Counted from the stretch's first letter, positions 44,970 to 55,340 are shown. The stretch: 64,000 nucleotides of DNA from Nanobdellota archaeon (GCA_021807085.1 JAKAPM010000002.1:9125-73124), one strand, 5' to 3'. Program-made: numbers and translations. Notes: generated from the sequence alone by a model not told the origin.

Positions 44970-45836
44970 CTACGGGCTGGAAGAGTTGCCAGGCAACGGA
45001 CTGCCGCTGGAATTTGTTGCCGCGTAATTCGGCGTAAGGTAAAACACCAGGTCCAGCGGGCCGTAATATGGCGAGTTTGGGGTCCCGATGACCAGCGTCA
45101 GCAGGACTGTGGAGCTCCCACCAACTGTCATGGGAGGGTTGGGAGTCTCGTTCAGAATAGAGAAACCGGTAGTGTTCACCGAGATATTCGTGAGTGTGAC
45201 CGACGACGGCGCGTTCTGTATGCCTTTCGGGATGGACATGTCGAATGACAGGGTTTCGCGGCTGCCTGGAGTGACGTTGAAAGAACTCGACGAGGGGGAT
45301 ATTGTGAAATAAACGTACTGGTTGTCGGAAAAATCGGTCATCATATTCAGGTAGTTTACGTAGACGTCATTGTTATTTTGGTGGGGCTGCGCCGATCCTC
45401 CCGCTGGTCTGGCCCCGTGCGTACTTGAAACGGAAAAATTGAAGTTGAGATAACCCAGGCGCCATGCCGAGAGAAAAGCCATAGTCGCAAGCACAACCAC
45501 CAGCGCGAGGATTATCTCCCTTCGTGGCGCTCTTACGGACGGCAGGCGGACTTCCGGTTTCCTGATGCGTATGTATATTTTCTGTCTCGGAATCCTGGCG
45601 GACATGGGCTTTATCGACAAAGATCTCCTTACCAGTCTTTCTTCCACCCCTTTTATTTTCCCTAGCTTTACATTCTCCCCTCTTACAGGCAATCTTCTCC
45701 TGATTCTCTTGCTGAAGCCTTCAAACAGTTCGGACTTCCTGCCGACAGGACTGAGGGTCCTTGCGACGTCTCTCTTGAACCTGTAAAGCTCCAGCCAGTC
45801 CTTGAGTTTGGTTATAGGGTTCATTCTCATATTCAA
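44970..45836 (-). CDS. membrane-anchored surface protein (288 aa) with Arg/Lys-rich cytoplasmic N-tail, co-transcribed with giant YVTN protein
   Basis: About 120 aa basic N-terminus, a single TM EIILALVVVLATMAFLSAW, then a Ser/Thr/Asn/Pro-rich ectodomain. Start overlaps the upstream stop (ATGA). Confidence 0.55.
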   Translation of the reverse strand: MNMRMNPITKLKDWLELYRFKRDVARTLSPVGRKSELFEGFSKRIRRRLPVRGENVKLGKIKGVEERLVRRSLSIKPMSARIPRQKIYIRIRKPEVRLPSVRAPRREIILALVVVLATMAFLSAWRLGYLNFNFSVSSTHGARPAGGSAQPHQNNNDVYVNYLNMMTDFSDNQYVYFTISPSSSSFNVTPGSRETLSFDMSIPKGIQNAPSSVTLTNISVNTTGFSILNETPNPPMTVGGSSTVLLTLVIGTPNSPYYGPLDLVFYLTPNYAATNSSGSPLPGNSSSP

Positions 45837-48800
45837 CCAGAAGAGTGCCCCGCCCCTATGACCACTGCCCTCCAGTTATTTGCCTGCGGTATCGTTATTG
45901 GCGTCAGAAACGCGTTGGAGGGGTCGGATATCGCAGCCGACGTGTTGAGGACCGATATTTGATTGGTGTTCCAGTTCGCGATATACGCGAATTTGCCGTC
46001 TGTGGTGAGGGCTATTCCCTGTGGGTTGTTGAGCCCTCCCCCTCCTACAGCGTCTATCTCCGACAGCGATGTAAGGTTCACAACGTCTACCTGGTTAGCG
46101 CACGAGTTCACGACGTACGCTATCGTACTGTTCGCATTTGAAGTCAGCCAGTTAAGGCAGCCGCCTAGTGGCAGTGTTTTGACTATGGAATTGGTCTGCG
46201 TGTCTATAAACAGCAGAGAACTGGACGGCAAGCACTGCGTGTCGACAAGCGCGTATTTTCCGTTCTGTGTCACCTTAACGAATTGGGGACAGCCCGGCGC
46301 GGTTATCGTATCTATCAACGCGTTGCTTGCTGTCGAGATGACGGAGACTGTGGAATTTGTGAGGAGCCCGCCGTTCTTGTTATAGTTCCCGCTGATTATG
46401 CTGGACGCCACGTAGAGGAGGGACTTATCGGGTGTTATAGCTATGGCGTGTGGTAATGTATTGTTGAGGTATATATCGGTCAGGGGCATAAAAGAGGGTG
46501 AACCGTCGTTGGATACGGACAGGTTTTGAACAGCTACCGACGGGAGCGACCAGGAATTTTGCACGGAGTACATAAGGTTCCCGTCCTGCACGAGGCCAAG
46601 GTCGCCACTACAAGGGACATTGCACGACGGCGGAATCGGTATGTGGTTGGAACCCGTCCACATATACGTCATGGAGGAACCGCTGCCGCTTATGTACAAT
46701 TTTGACAGATCAGGAGAAGTCGCCAGGCCCCATATCGCTATTCCCGGACCGTAAACGTATCTAATCAGCCTCAATTGCGGCGTAAAGATTGCAACACCGT
46801 TGTTGCCTATTGTAGTAAGCCAGCTGTTTCCGCATGTAAAGGTCTCGTACACCGTTCCGTTCGGGGAAACGGTTATCGGACCGGGGCAGCCGCCAGATAC
46901 GTACGAATATTGCAATACGCCCGCGGAGACATTCACCGCCTCTATTATAGCACCCGTGCTCAGATAAGCCAGCCTGTTGTCGTTGCTGAACGCCAAGAAA
47001 GCGTTTCCGCCCCAGCCAGTATTGACGGTGTACATTACCTTGTGTGATGTCAAATTTATCATAGACATTGCGGCGCCTTCGTTGTTGCAGTCACCGCTCA
47101 TCTCTGCAGCGTACTCGCCGTTTGGTGATATCGCAATCCTTCCTGAGCAGATGGTGAGGAGATTGCCCACCCTGGTCTCGACCTGCAGGTTCACGGGGTT
47201 GTATACGACGAGCGGGCTCTCTTCATGCCAGTGAAAAAGCGCGAAAAGACGGCTACCTCCGCTTGAAAACATGAGGGAGGACAAGTCGGTGCCCTGGTAA
47301 TACTGCTCGAGGGCTATTGTGTTGTTGGCCGTGTAAATCTTTGTAACGTCCGCATTGTTCTGGCACCACGCCCCTGTGTAAACATAATTACCATCGTGGG
47401 AGACTGTCACAGCCCTGATACACCCGCCGTGAGTCACGCTCCCTATCACAGTCGAATAGGTGTTAGTGACGGCATTTATGACGGAAACTTCATTGCTGCT
47501 GTAGCAGGCTATGTAAGCGTACTGCCCGTTTGGGGTGAACGCGATTCCTTCGGGATTGTTGCAGTTGATACTCCCTATGTCCATCACCAGGGAATTTGTC
47601 GCTGCGTCTATCACCGAGACTGTGTTGGAGCCGTAATTTGATGCGTAAACCTCTGAAGAGTTGGTGGGGGAGACAGCGAGGACATACGGGTTTGACTGCA
47701 CGCTTATAGTTGTCGTAGGGGTTCCCGACGGGTAAGAGAACACCGAAACGGTGTTCCCGTTCCAGTTTGTCACAAATATCTCGTTGTCCGTCACGGCCAC
47801 GTCCTGCGGGGAATTTAGCCCGTTCCCGCTTATCGTCTGCACTACCTGCAGGGTGGTGTTGTCTATCACCGAGACTGTGTTGGAATTCGAATTGACAACA
47901 TATATATAGCCGTCCGGCGCCACAGTAATGCCGAGAGGATTGTGGCCGACAAGTATGTTCTTCACAACTACGTAGGACGAGGAGTTCATGACTGACACGC
48001 TGCCCTGTGTGTTTCCCCAGTCAAATGAATTCGATATGTAGAGGAATTTTCCTGTGTTGCTCATAGCCATGAACTGCGGGTCGTAGCCTATGCCGCTCAC
48101 GTTACCGACGATAGAATTTGTAGAAGTGCTAATCACCGAGATATTGTTGTAATTGTCGTAGCCGGATGGGACGTATACGTCGTTCGTCTTGCTGTCGTAC
48201 GCTATATCGAAAGCGTTAGGGGCGCCTATGCTGGTTATGTTGCCCACGTTCGTCATGGTTGCTGGATTTACCACAGAGACCGCGTTCGAACCGGAGTCGG
48301 CTACGTATATGTCCCCGTTGCTCGCCGTGACCATCTCCTGCGGGCTCCCCAGAGTGCCTATATGTTTGAAATCTGAGAAAGTGCTAGGATTCGACAGGTT
48401 GACCACGTCCACCGCGTTCTGTCCGCAGCCTTCGAGAGAGACAAAGGCGTATTTCGAGTTTGGCGGTACGTCGATATAGAAGTCGCCGCATCCAGCCGTC
48501 CAGTACTTCTTTATCAGGCTGAAATTCTGCGTGCTAAACACCCCCAAGGTCGACCAGCCGTCAGGTTCGTAAGCTATGCTGCCGTTCGCTGAAAAAGCTA
48601 TCTGTGATACGCCCCACGTCGGATTGCCGATTGTAGTTATCAGTTTGTTGTCGGTAGTGTTTATCTCCGCGAGCGTGCCTGTCCAGCTGCTTACGTACGC
48701 GATGTCGTTTGTCGCCTGAAAAGGCCCTCCGCTGATGAACGGCGCTATCTTGGCGCCGATGCTACCGGATGACATGTAATTGGTGCTGAAAACGTTGCTC

Positions 48801-49198
48801 GAGGTGTACAAGACGTCGACTTTCACGGACGAAAAAGAGTTAGTGGACCCAAAGTTTCCAGAGATGTAACACAGTGTAGACCCGCCTTCGTCCAGCTTGC
48901 TGCTATCGCATGTATAGGTAGTGTATGTGTTGCCGCCGGCTGTAGCGTTAAGGCTGTCTATGGTTATTGCACTGCCAGCTATATTTTGAAGTTGCAGGCC
49001 CATCTGGCTGCTGCTCATCGAGGCTGTAGAAACCGTTATGCCGGAGAATCCGCTTATCACCAGGCTGACCGGGGGGCTTATGTTGAATATACCCATCTCG
49101 TACATTATGGCTGCGGCTATAACTATTATGAGGATGGCCCAGCCATATGTCATCATGTATTCTAAGGCCGATTGGGACTTCTGGCCGCAAGGTGCCAT
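45833..49198 (-). CDS. giant surface protein (1121 aa): class III (pilin-type) N-terminus fused to multiple YVTN-type beta-propeller repeats
   Basis: N-terminus MAPCGQKS|QSALEYMMTYGWAILIIVIAAAIMYEMGIF is nearly identical to the pilin at 26127. At least 15 repeats of the form G...P.GIA..PDG...YV.N..SNTVSVID. Confidence 0.8.
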   Translation of the reverse strand: MAPCGQKSQSALEYMMTYGWAILIIVIAAAIMYEMGIFNISPPVSLVISGFSGITVSTASMSSSQMGLQLQNIAGSAITIDSLNATAGGNTYTTYTCDSSKLDEGGSTLCYISGNFGSTNSFSSVKVDVLYTSSNVFSTNYMSSGSIGAKIAPFISGGPFQATNDIAYVSSWTGTLAEINTTDNKLITTIGNPTWGVSQIAFSANGSIAYEPDGWSTLGVFSTQNFSLIKKYWTAGCGDFYIDVPPNSKYAFVSLEGCGQNAVDVVNLSNPSTFSDFKHIGTLGSPQEMVTASNGDIYVADSGSNAVSVVNPATMTNVGNITSIGAPNAFDIAYDSKTNDVYVPSGYDNYNNISVISTSTNSIVGNVSGIGYDPQFMAMSNTGKFLYISNSFDWGNTQGSVSVMNSSSYVVVKNILVGHNPLGITVAPDGYIYVVNSNSNTVSVIDNTTLQVVQTISGNGLNSPQDVAVTDNEIFVTNWNGNTVSVFSYPSGTPTTTISVQSNPYVLAVSPTNSSEVYASNYGSNTVSVIDAATNSLVMDIGSINCNNPEGIAFTPNGQYAYIACYSSNEVSVINAVTNTYSTVIGSVTHGGCIRAVTVSHDGNYVYTGAWCQNNADVTKIYTANNTIALEQYYQGTDLSSLMFSSGGSRLFALFHWHEESPLVVYNPVNLQVETRVGNLLTICSGRIAISPNGEYAAEMSGDCNNEGAAMSMINLTSHKVMYTVNTGWGGNAFLAFSNDNRLAYLSTGAIIEAVNVSAGVLQYSYVSGGCPGPITVSPNGTVYETFTCGNSWLTTIGNNGVAIFTPQLRLIRYVYGPGIAIWGLATSPDLSKLYISGSGSSMTYMWTGSNHIPIPPSCNVPCSGDLGLVQDGNLMYSVQNSWSLPSVAVQNLSVSNDGSPSFMPLTDIYLNNTLPHAIAITPDKSLLYVASSIISGNYNKNGGLLTNSTVSVISTASNALIDTITAPGCPQFVKVTQNGKYALVDTQCLPSSSLLFIDTQTNSIVKTLPLGGCLNWLTSNANSTIAYVVNSCANQVDVVNLTSLSEIDAVGGGGLNNPQGIALTTDGKFAYIANWNTNQISVLNTSAAISDPSNAFLTPITIPQANNWRAVVIGAGHSSG

Positions 49199-49393
49199 GC
49201 ATATTAAAGTAAGGGGGAATTAAAAAGCTTGTCGAGTCTCACTCTGCATGTTTTAAACGAGCTAGTGGAACTACGCCAAAAAGCGATGAAAGGCGGCCCT
49301 CCCAAGTGACTCGGGGCGCGCTCGGTCAAAACGATCCGCTACAGAACCAACAGTAGGGCTTGATTTCAGCATAGCCGTAAGAACCGCGGCTTT

Positions 49394-49939
49394 TTAGAAG
49401 AATTCTTTCTCGAACAACTTGGTCTCTATATCCGCCCCGTCTGAGTCTGATGCGTGGACAAGGTTCCTTGTGGCTCTTCCTTCCCTGTTTGCGTTCAGGA
49501 TGGAGTCGTCGGCGAAGTCTCCCCTTATCGTGCCCTTCTCCGCCTTGGAAGGGTCTGTTTTGCCGATGAGCTCCCTCCCCTTTCGCACCGCGTCATCCCC
49601 TTCCAGTATCATCGCTATTATGTCGGTGGACGTCATGAATTTTCTCGTCCACTGTATCAGTTTTTTGCCTATTTCGTAAGGCTCCTTTGATCCGAATATC
49701 TTCTCTATCTCATCTGAGAAACCAGCTGATGTCATCGACTCGAGTGTCTTGTTGCCCATACCGGTCAGCTGAGTTTCGGTGTCTCTGTAAAGCTTCACGG
49801 CGATGCTTTCGGACAGCCTTCCTTTTTTCAGCCTTACGATGCCAAAACCGGCGTTCTCGAAATAAGACAGGATTGTACCGGCGAGCTTCCTCTCTATAGC
49901 GTCCGGCTTTATCATTATCAGCGTCTTCTCCGCGGCCAT
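49394..49939 (-). CDS. ndk: nucleoside diphosphate kinase (long archaeal form with insertion)
   Basis: 181 aa. TLIMIKPDAIERKL and NLVHASDS (active-site His). Confidence 0.8.
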   Translation of the reverse strand: MAAEKTLIMIKPDAIERKLAGTILSYFENAGFGIVRLKKGRLSESIAVKLYRDTETQLTGMGNKTLESMTSAGFSDEIEKIFGSKEPYEIGKKLIQWTRKFMTSTDIIAMILEGDDAVRKGRELIGKTDPSKAEKGTIRGDFADDSILNANREGRATRNLVHASDSDGADIETKLFEKEFF

Positions 49940-50032
49940 AATTAATTTTATACGGCAGTGCGCAATTTAAACCTTGCTGTCTTTTTGCAGGTCAGAAAAA
50001 GGGTAAATAATATGAGTGCCTAGGAAAAAACG

Positions 50033-50407
50033 ATGTCGAACAGAGGTCTGGAGGGTATACTGTTAGAACCGCGAGAAACGCGCGGGCGAAAGCGCGGGAG
50101 TGAAGGGGCCTGTAAGAAGTTGCTAGAGCGCGTTATCGGTGGGTTCGTGTACAGCGGGAGAAAGATAAAATTCGGTCTGGCCGCTGCGGCGGCCGCGCCG
50201 CTGACATACGCGGCTTTGGAAATAGCCAGATCCACGGCAATAATACCTGCCACAGAATACAGTGTAGTGTACGCCCAGCACGCCCTGATAAGTATGCCGA
50301 TGCTCTACTGCATGTCGATTGCCACTTCCTACCTCGACATATCTATAACGCAGAAGATTGTTGGGAGGGCGTACGAACGCATCAAAAGCGCCAGAGGAGC
50401 CCGCTAG
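50033..50407 (+). CDS. hypothetical small protein (124 aa), doubtful
   Basis: Only ORF in a 550-nt gap; Ala-rich with a possible TM. No supporting motif. Confidence 0.25.
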   Translation: MSNRGLEGILLEPRETRGRKRGSEGACKKLLERVIGGFVYSGRKIKFGLAAAAAAPLTYAALEIARSTAIIPATEYSVVYAQHALISMPMLYCMSIATSYLDISITQKIVGRAYERIKSARGAR

Positions 50408-50495
50408 GACGGCGGGCTGGAGTCTGTTGGTCCATTTGAAAGTTACTATGATAGAATAAGTATTTATATCTATATCGTTCTCATAGATATTATTA

Positions 50496-51536
50496 TTGCT
50501 TGGGATGGAACCGAAGGTGAGTAAGGCAGTAATTCTTGCCGCCGGTGCCGGCAGCAGGGTCCAACCTTTCACCAGCTACATGCCCAAGACAATGCTCCCG
50601 TACGGTTCGTACCCTATTCTTTACCACCAGGTCGACATAGCTTACAATGCCGGGATAAGGGACGTTGTTATAGTCTCAAGGGAAGACGATGAAAAGACGG
50701 TTTTGGGATACAAGAACGACCCGAAGATAAAAGGTATATTCCAGGTGCAGAATGACTACATAAACGGCCACCTCAAGGGCGAATTCGCGAAGAAGGGTGT
50801 GAAAGTGGAGATAGTCTACCAATCGAACAACGCGGAGACCGGAAAACCCAGGGGCCCGGGCGACGCGGTTATAAGCGCGGAGAGGTATATCGGCAAAGAC
50901 AACTACGCGGTAATACTCGGGGACTTGATACTCGAGCCCAAAGAGAAGGGGGAGAAGAGCCTGCTCGAGAATATCCTGTCCAGATTCGACGGTGAGAACG
51001 ACATTGTGTCCAGTAGTGTACTCGACATGGACAGCGCAAGGGAAGGCGGTATGATAAGAGGCGAATACTGCGGGAATGGACTGATTAAGATAATGGAGAT
51101 AAGGCAGAAGCCGAGAAAGGAGGAGGACAAGGAGTTCATAGACGGGTGCAGGACGCCGGACGGGAAATACCGTGCTACGTGGTCTGGCATATACATATTG
51201 AACAAGTACAGCATAGGTTACCTCAAAACGGCCACCCCGCGCAAGGATCGCAACGAGATAGACATAGAAGACGGATTGATGATGCAGTGCCTGGACGAGA
51301 ACAGGAAGACGGAAGCGTACGCATTCGATTACAAAGGGGCGGACGGCACCCGATATATAGAGAGAAATTTCGGCAGCGTGGGTGAATGGCTCTCCCATAA
51401 CGTGGAGGAAAAGACTATCGTTAGATTCGTCGAAAGCCTGAAGAGACAACCGGAAGGGTTCCAGAAAGAAGTAGCCGAAGAACTCGCCAAGCGCTACCCT
51501 GACAGGGACTGGAGCATACTCGGCAAAAATGGGTAA
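50496..51536 (+). CDS. sugar-1-phosphate nucleotidyltransferase (UDP-glucose/dTDP-glucose pyrophosphorylase family)
   Basis: AVILAAGAGSRVQPFTSYMPK = the G-x-G-T/S-R-x-P NTP-transferase signature. TATA-like tatttatatctatat at about 50460. Confidence 0.7.
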   Translation: MLGMEPKVSKAVILAAGAGSRVQPFTSYMPKTMLPYGSYPILYHQVDIAYNAGIRDVVIVSREDDEKTVLGYKNDPKIKGIFQVQNDYINGHLKGEFAKKGVKVEIVYQSNNAETGKPRGPGDAVISAERYIGKDNYAVILGDLILEPKEKGEKSLLENILSRFDGENDIVSSSVLDMDSAREGGMIRGEYCGNGLIKIMEIRQKPRKEEDKEFIDGCRTPDGKYRATWSGIYILNKYSIGYLKTATPRKDRNEIDIEDGLMMQCLDENRKTEAYAFDYKGADGTRYIERNFGSVGEWLSHNVEEKTIVRFVESLKRQPEGFQKEVAEELAKRYPDRDWSILGKNG

Positions 51537-51538
51537 AC

Positions 51539-52558
51539 CTATCTCCCTGCGTCCTTCCCAGAACCCTGCTTACCTGCCACATCCATTTCCTTGGAGAATA
51601 TATCCGCGTAGGTTTCAGGGATAAGCTGGTTGGTGTAGAACCCGGCGAACTCGACGGCTGCAAATGTTATGACTCTGTAGTATATCTCTATGTGGAAGTG
51701 GAAGTCCTTCTCGGATTTCAGCTCGTGGAAGACCAAATTATAAGGAAGGCGCCCGAATAGCTTCTTGTTTACGGATATAACCGATGAGAGGAGCCTCACC
51801 ATATCCCTTACCTCCCCTTCAGACAGGCCTGCGGCGTAGTTAACGTGTCTCTTGGGCATCACAACGGTCTCCGCCGTGAACTTTGACGCGAACGGGGCGA
51901 AAGCCACGCAGGTGCCGTTCTCTATCAGGAGCCTGTCCTTTTCCTCCGGGAGCGCCTCCTCGTAAAGGCACTTACCGGTCTTCTTGAGGTTCTCCTTTAT
52001 CCTCTCCGCCTCCGTGGCTATCGCCGGCGTGACGTCGGGGAAAGCCATTATCTGGCTGTGGGCGTGAAAGAGGCTGGCGCCGCTGCCAGGCCCCTCGTTC
52101 TTGAAGACGTACACGTACTTTATGCCGTCCCTGGAATAGAGAGCCTCCTCCCTCTCTACTATGTTTTCAAGCCAAAGTATCCTTTCTTCCTCGCCTATCT
52201 CCTCGAACGGCAGATCGTGGACGGGAGTTTCCACGAGCACTTCGGAGTAACCGAACGGCGTAGATTTCTTCAGGAAAGCCCCGGAAGAGAAGAGGCCTAG
52301 GTCGGGGAATGTGAATGGAAATTTGTTCTCTATGGCGCGCAGCTTCCAGGAATACCTGTCGCCGCCTATGTATTTTATGGTCCTGTTGAGCGAGTCGTTG
52401 GCGTATTCGAACGGGCACCTAGATATGTCCGATTCCCATTTTCCCACCGCGGTTGAGAAGTCCATGGGTTTCTTGTCGCGTATCGGGGAGAATATCACCC
52501 TGCTGCCGGTCCTGTAATCTGTCCTTATCTCGCCTTCGAATTTCTCGAATTCTATCAT
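51539..52558 (-). CDS. GalT-like HIT-family nucleotidyltransferase, paralog 2
   Basis: 339 aa. EIRTDYRTGSRVIFSP, SRCPFEYAN, HAHSQIMAF. Convergent with the sugar-1-P nucleotidyltransferase gene. Confidence 0.65.
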   Translation of the reverse strand: MIEFEKFEGEIRTDYRTGSRVIFSPIRDKKPMDFSTAVGKWESDISRCPFEYANDSLNRTIKYIGGDRYSWKLRAIENKFPFTFPDLGLFSSGAFLKKSTPFGYSEVLVETPVHDLPFEEIGEEERILWLENIVEREEALYSRDGIKYVYVFKNEGPGSGASLFHAHSQIMAFPDVTPAIATEAERIKENLKKTGKCLYEEALPEEKDRLLIENGTCVAFAPFASKFTAETVVMPKRHVNYAAGLSEGEVRDMVRLLSSVISVNKKLFGRLPYNLVFHELKSEKDFHFHIEIYYRVITFAAVEFAGFYTNQLIPETYADIFSKEMDVAGKQGSGKDAGR

Positions 52559-52613
52559 AACGATACAATAATAAAAACCATTCCTGTATAAATAATGGAA
52601 TGGCCGGATTAAG

Positions 52614-53642
52614 TCACTGGACAGTGGCTTTTCCGGCTATCCTTAGGACTCTTATCGGCAGGTCTTTGTTTAGGAGGAGTATCCTGTCGCTGCCGTCGAA
52701 GCAGAAGTTCTTGTCTGCCGTGAAAGACGCCGTCACGACGTCGCCTTCCCTCTTCACGCCGGAGAGCGTTACGGAAACGCTCTGCCAGTTGCAGATGAGA
52801 GTCAGCAGAGCGCCGTCGACCAGCGGCTGCTTGTACAGGGGCGGCACCTCTATCCTAAGGGTTCCGGAATCCAAGTCCCTGAAGCTGCCCTTCTGTCTTA
52901 TCTCGACACCTCTGGGAAGGTCCCACGGCCATACGCCTTTTATCGAAACTCCGACTCTGTCCCCGGCCTCGGCAGACTGCCTGTCCTCCTGATTTATCTG
53001 TATAGAATTTATCGAGATGTCCTTGGTGAACGGGGACGGTACTATAGTGCCATCGCTGTGCACAAATATCTTTCCCGTCGATAGCGTCCCGACAGCAACC
53101 GACATCCCCTTGGATTCGAAAGCGTGGTCTATGAGTATCCTGAACGGCTTGCCGGTGTTTCCGCCATCGTACGGTATGGCTGCGACCTTCGCACGCACGT
53201 CGGCTATGTTCTGCTCGTTGTTTATGTCTATAGGGACTATCTCGAAGTTTTCCATCGACGTGCCCTTCAGCAGCGCGGTTATCTTTGCCGAGAGCCTCTC
53301 CACTTCCTCGCTTGTCGATATGTCTGTCTTGGTTATGCAGACGATGCCCCTGCTGATTCCAAGAGAGGCCGCCATTATTATCTGTTCTCCTACCTGGAAG
53401 TTTATCCCTATATCCGGCGATACGCAGAGTATTACAGCGTCGGATATGGACAGTACGGAGCCTATCGTGGTGGGCACGTCCATGTCTCCCGGCGTGTCTA
53501 TCAGCGTCACGTTCTTGCTGGAGTACTTGAAGTAGTAGAACGATACATCCTCCTCTGCCCCTTTCCTCTGCTGGAGTTTGTTGACCAGAGTGGTCTTTCC
53601 GGATTTGTACGGTCCTACGACGCTTACTGTCAGAGAGTCCAT
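52614..53642 (-). CDS. EF-Tu/SelB-like translational GTPase paralog (short, 342 aa)
   Basis: G1 VGPYKSGKTTL, G3 DTPGD, G4 TKTD, followed by two beta-barrel domains (GKPFRILIDHAF...). Confidence 0.6.
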   Translation of the reverse strand: MDSLTVSVVGPYKSGKTTLVNKLQQRKGAEEDVSFYYFKYSSKNVTLIDTPGDMDVPTTIGSVLSISDAVILCVSPDIGINFQVGEQIIMAASLGISRGIVCITKTDISTSEEVERLSAKITALLKGTSMENFEIVPIDINNEQNIADVRAKVAAIPYDGGNTGKPFRILIDHAFESKGMSVAVGTLSTGKIFVHSDGTIVPSPFTKDISINSIQINQEDRQSAEAGDRVGVSIKGVWPWDLPRGVEIRQKGSFRDLDSGTLRIEVPPLYKQPLVDGALLTLICNWQSVSVTLSGVKREGDVVTASFTADKNFCFDGSDRILLLNKDLPIRVLRIAGKATVQ

Positions 53643-53683
53643 ATCTTAGAGATAAAAAGCGTCTTATTTAAATAACTTTCCTC

Positions 53684-54616
53684 TCATATTTCGATTTTGT
53701 CCAGGTCGTTGGGGAAAAAAACATCTGCGCCGAGCTCCAGCTTTTCCTTCATGGCGGCAGCTTCCTTCACCAAAGCGTCGTCGTTCTCGTATCTCTGGCT
53801 GGTGTGGACCAGGTAGACCTTCTTCGCGCCCGCCCTCTTGGCTATTTTGAGTGCCTGCTCTACGGTCAGGTGGAAATAAGAGCCGGCTTTTTCTCCCATC
53901 GACGACGAGAAGGTCGCCTCTATCACCAAGGCGTCTGCGTCCCTGGCGAACCTTCCTACGGAATCGGAATATGCCAAGTCTGTCACGTACACCACGGATC
54001 TTCCTTTCTTGACGTATGTGAACTGTCTGTGCGGCAGCTTCCTTCCGTTGTAGACCGCGTCCTTTCCCTCCTTCAGCCTCTTCAGGATAGGATCAGGTTT
54101 TATACCGTACTTCTTGAGGAGGTCCTCGCGGAGGTTTAGGGTGTCCCTCTCCTTTATTTTGTAAGCCAAGCACTTAACGGCGTGCTTCACGTTGAGGGCG
54201 TACACGTCATAGTCGTTGATGGAGGCGATTACGCTCTCCTTTGGCGCGTCCACCGGTTTCGATACCACTTTGACTGCTGAATGGAACTGGTAAGTCTTTG
54301 ACAGGTGCGCCATCCTGGAATTCGTACCTGCGGGCCCGTACACGAACAGAGGCTCCCTCCTGTTAATCATGTTCAGGCTCTGCAGTATGCCCCCCACTCC
54401 GAGAGAATGGTCGCCGTGCCAGTGGGTTATGAAGATATAGTCTATCGCCGGGCTAAGGCCGGCCCTCCTTATCTGCCTCTGCGTGCCCTCCCCGCAATCC
54501 AGCAGGACCTTGGCGCCACCGAGCGATACGTACACCGACGGGTGGTTCCTGGACGCAGTTGGAAAAGCCGAAGCTGTGCCCAAAAACGTGATTTCAACCA
54601 TTGAAAAACCTCTCAA
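53684..54616 (-). CDS. rnz: ribonuclease Z (tRNA 3' endonuclease)
   Basis: 310 aa. Metallo-beta-lactamase motif FITHWHGDH and overall tRNase Z architecture. Confidence 0.8.
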   Translation of the reverse strand: MRGFSMVEITFLGTASAFPTASRNHPSVYVSLGGAKVLLDCGEGTQRQIRRAGLSPAIDYIFITHWHGDHSLGVGGILQSLNMINRREPLFVYGPAGTNSRMAHLSKTYQFHSAVKVVSKPVDAPKESVIASINDYDVYALNVKHAVKCLAYKIKERDTLNLREDLLKKYGIKPDPILKRLKEGKDAVYNGRKLPHRQFTYVKKGRSVVYVTDLAYSDSVGRFARDADALVIEATFSSSMGEKAGSYFHLTVEQALKIAKRAGAKKVYLVHTSQRYENDDALVKEAAAMKEKLELGADVFFPNDLDKIEI

Positions 54617-55340
54617 AGTTATTATATAGTTTGTCCTTTAATAGGTTAAAGCCTGTGTTCCTCAGAAGCGACATATATTCTATTATTCTCGGGAGGTTCA
54701 GCGGTGTGTTCGCCCTCTCATCCGGGGAGAGTACCGGCGAGTCGGTCTCCACAAAGAGGCTGTCTGCGTTTGCGTTCTTTATGACGTTGTCGCGCTTGAA
54801 CTTCAGGAAACCTGTGGAGATGCTGATACCGACGCCCATGTCCGTAGCCCTGGCGAGATGTGACAGGTTCCCCTCGAAATTGTGTATTATCACCTTAACT
54901 CTGAAGGAGGTTATCGCCGATAGTACGTCGTCTATGGCCTTCCTGCTGTGCACTATGCACACCTTCCCCTCCTTCTCCGCCAGCCTTAATATGTCCTCGA
55001 AATATTTCTTCTGTATGAACCTGCTGCTCTCGTCCTTTCCCCGGTAATCCAGCCCTATCTCCGACACGGCGAACGCACGGTCTATGTCTTTGGCGACAAG
55101 TTCGAATTCCCTGTCCACCTCCGACAACGGCTTATCGTACATGGAGTTCGGGTGGAAACCTGCGCAGGGAAGTATGTTCGTGTGCTTTCTGCTCAGTTCG
55201 AATGTCCTCTCGTTGTCGGCGTGGTTCTCGCCGGCGTTAAGCACGATGAAGCCGTCCTCGAGGTCAGAGAACAGGCTGGCCACGTGGCCGAACGCCTTAT
55301 CGCTCATGTGCGCGTGGATGTCTACGAACTTGCTTTCCAT
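54594..55340 (-). CDS. tatD: TatD-family metal-dependent hydrolase/DNase
   Basis: 248 aa. DIHAHM, EIGLDY, VETDSP motifs. Confidence 0.75.
   Translation of the reverse strand: MESKFVDIHAHMSDKAFGHVASLFSDLEDGFIVLNAGENHADNERTFELSRKHTNILPCAGFHPNSMYDKPLSEVDREFELVAKDIDRAFAVSEIGLDYRGKDESSRFIQKKYFEDILRLAEKEGKVCIVHSRKAIDDVLSAITSFRVKVIIHNFEGNLSHLARATDMGVGISISTGFLKFKRDNVIKNANADSLFVETDSPVLSPDERANTPLNLPRIIEYMSLLRNTGFNLLKDKLYNNFERFFNG

Noticed and set aside
50676-51449. 257-aa minus-strand ORF
   Set aside because: It is antisense to the sugar-1-P nucleotidyltransferase gene, which carries the GxGTR signature.
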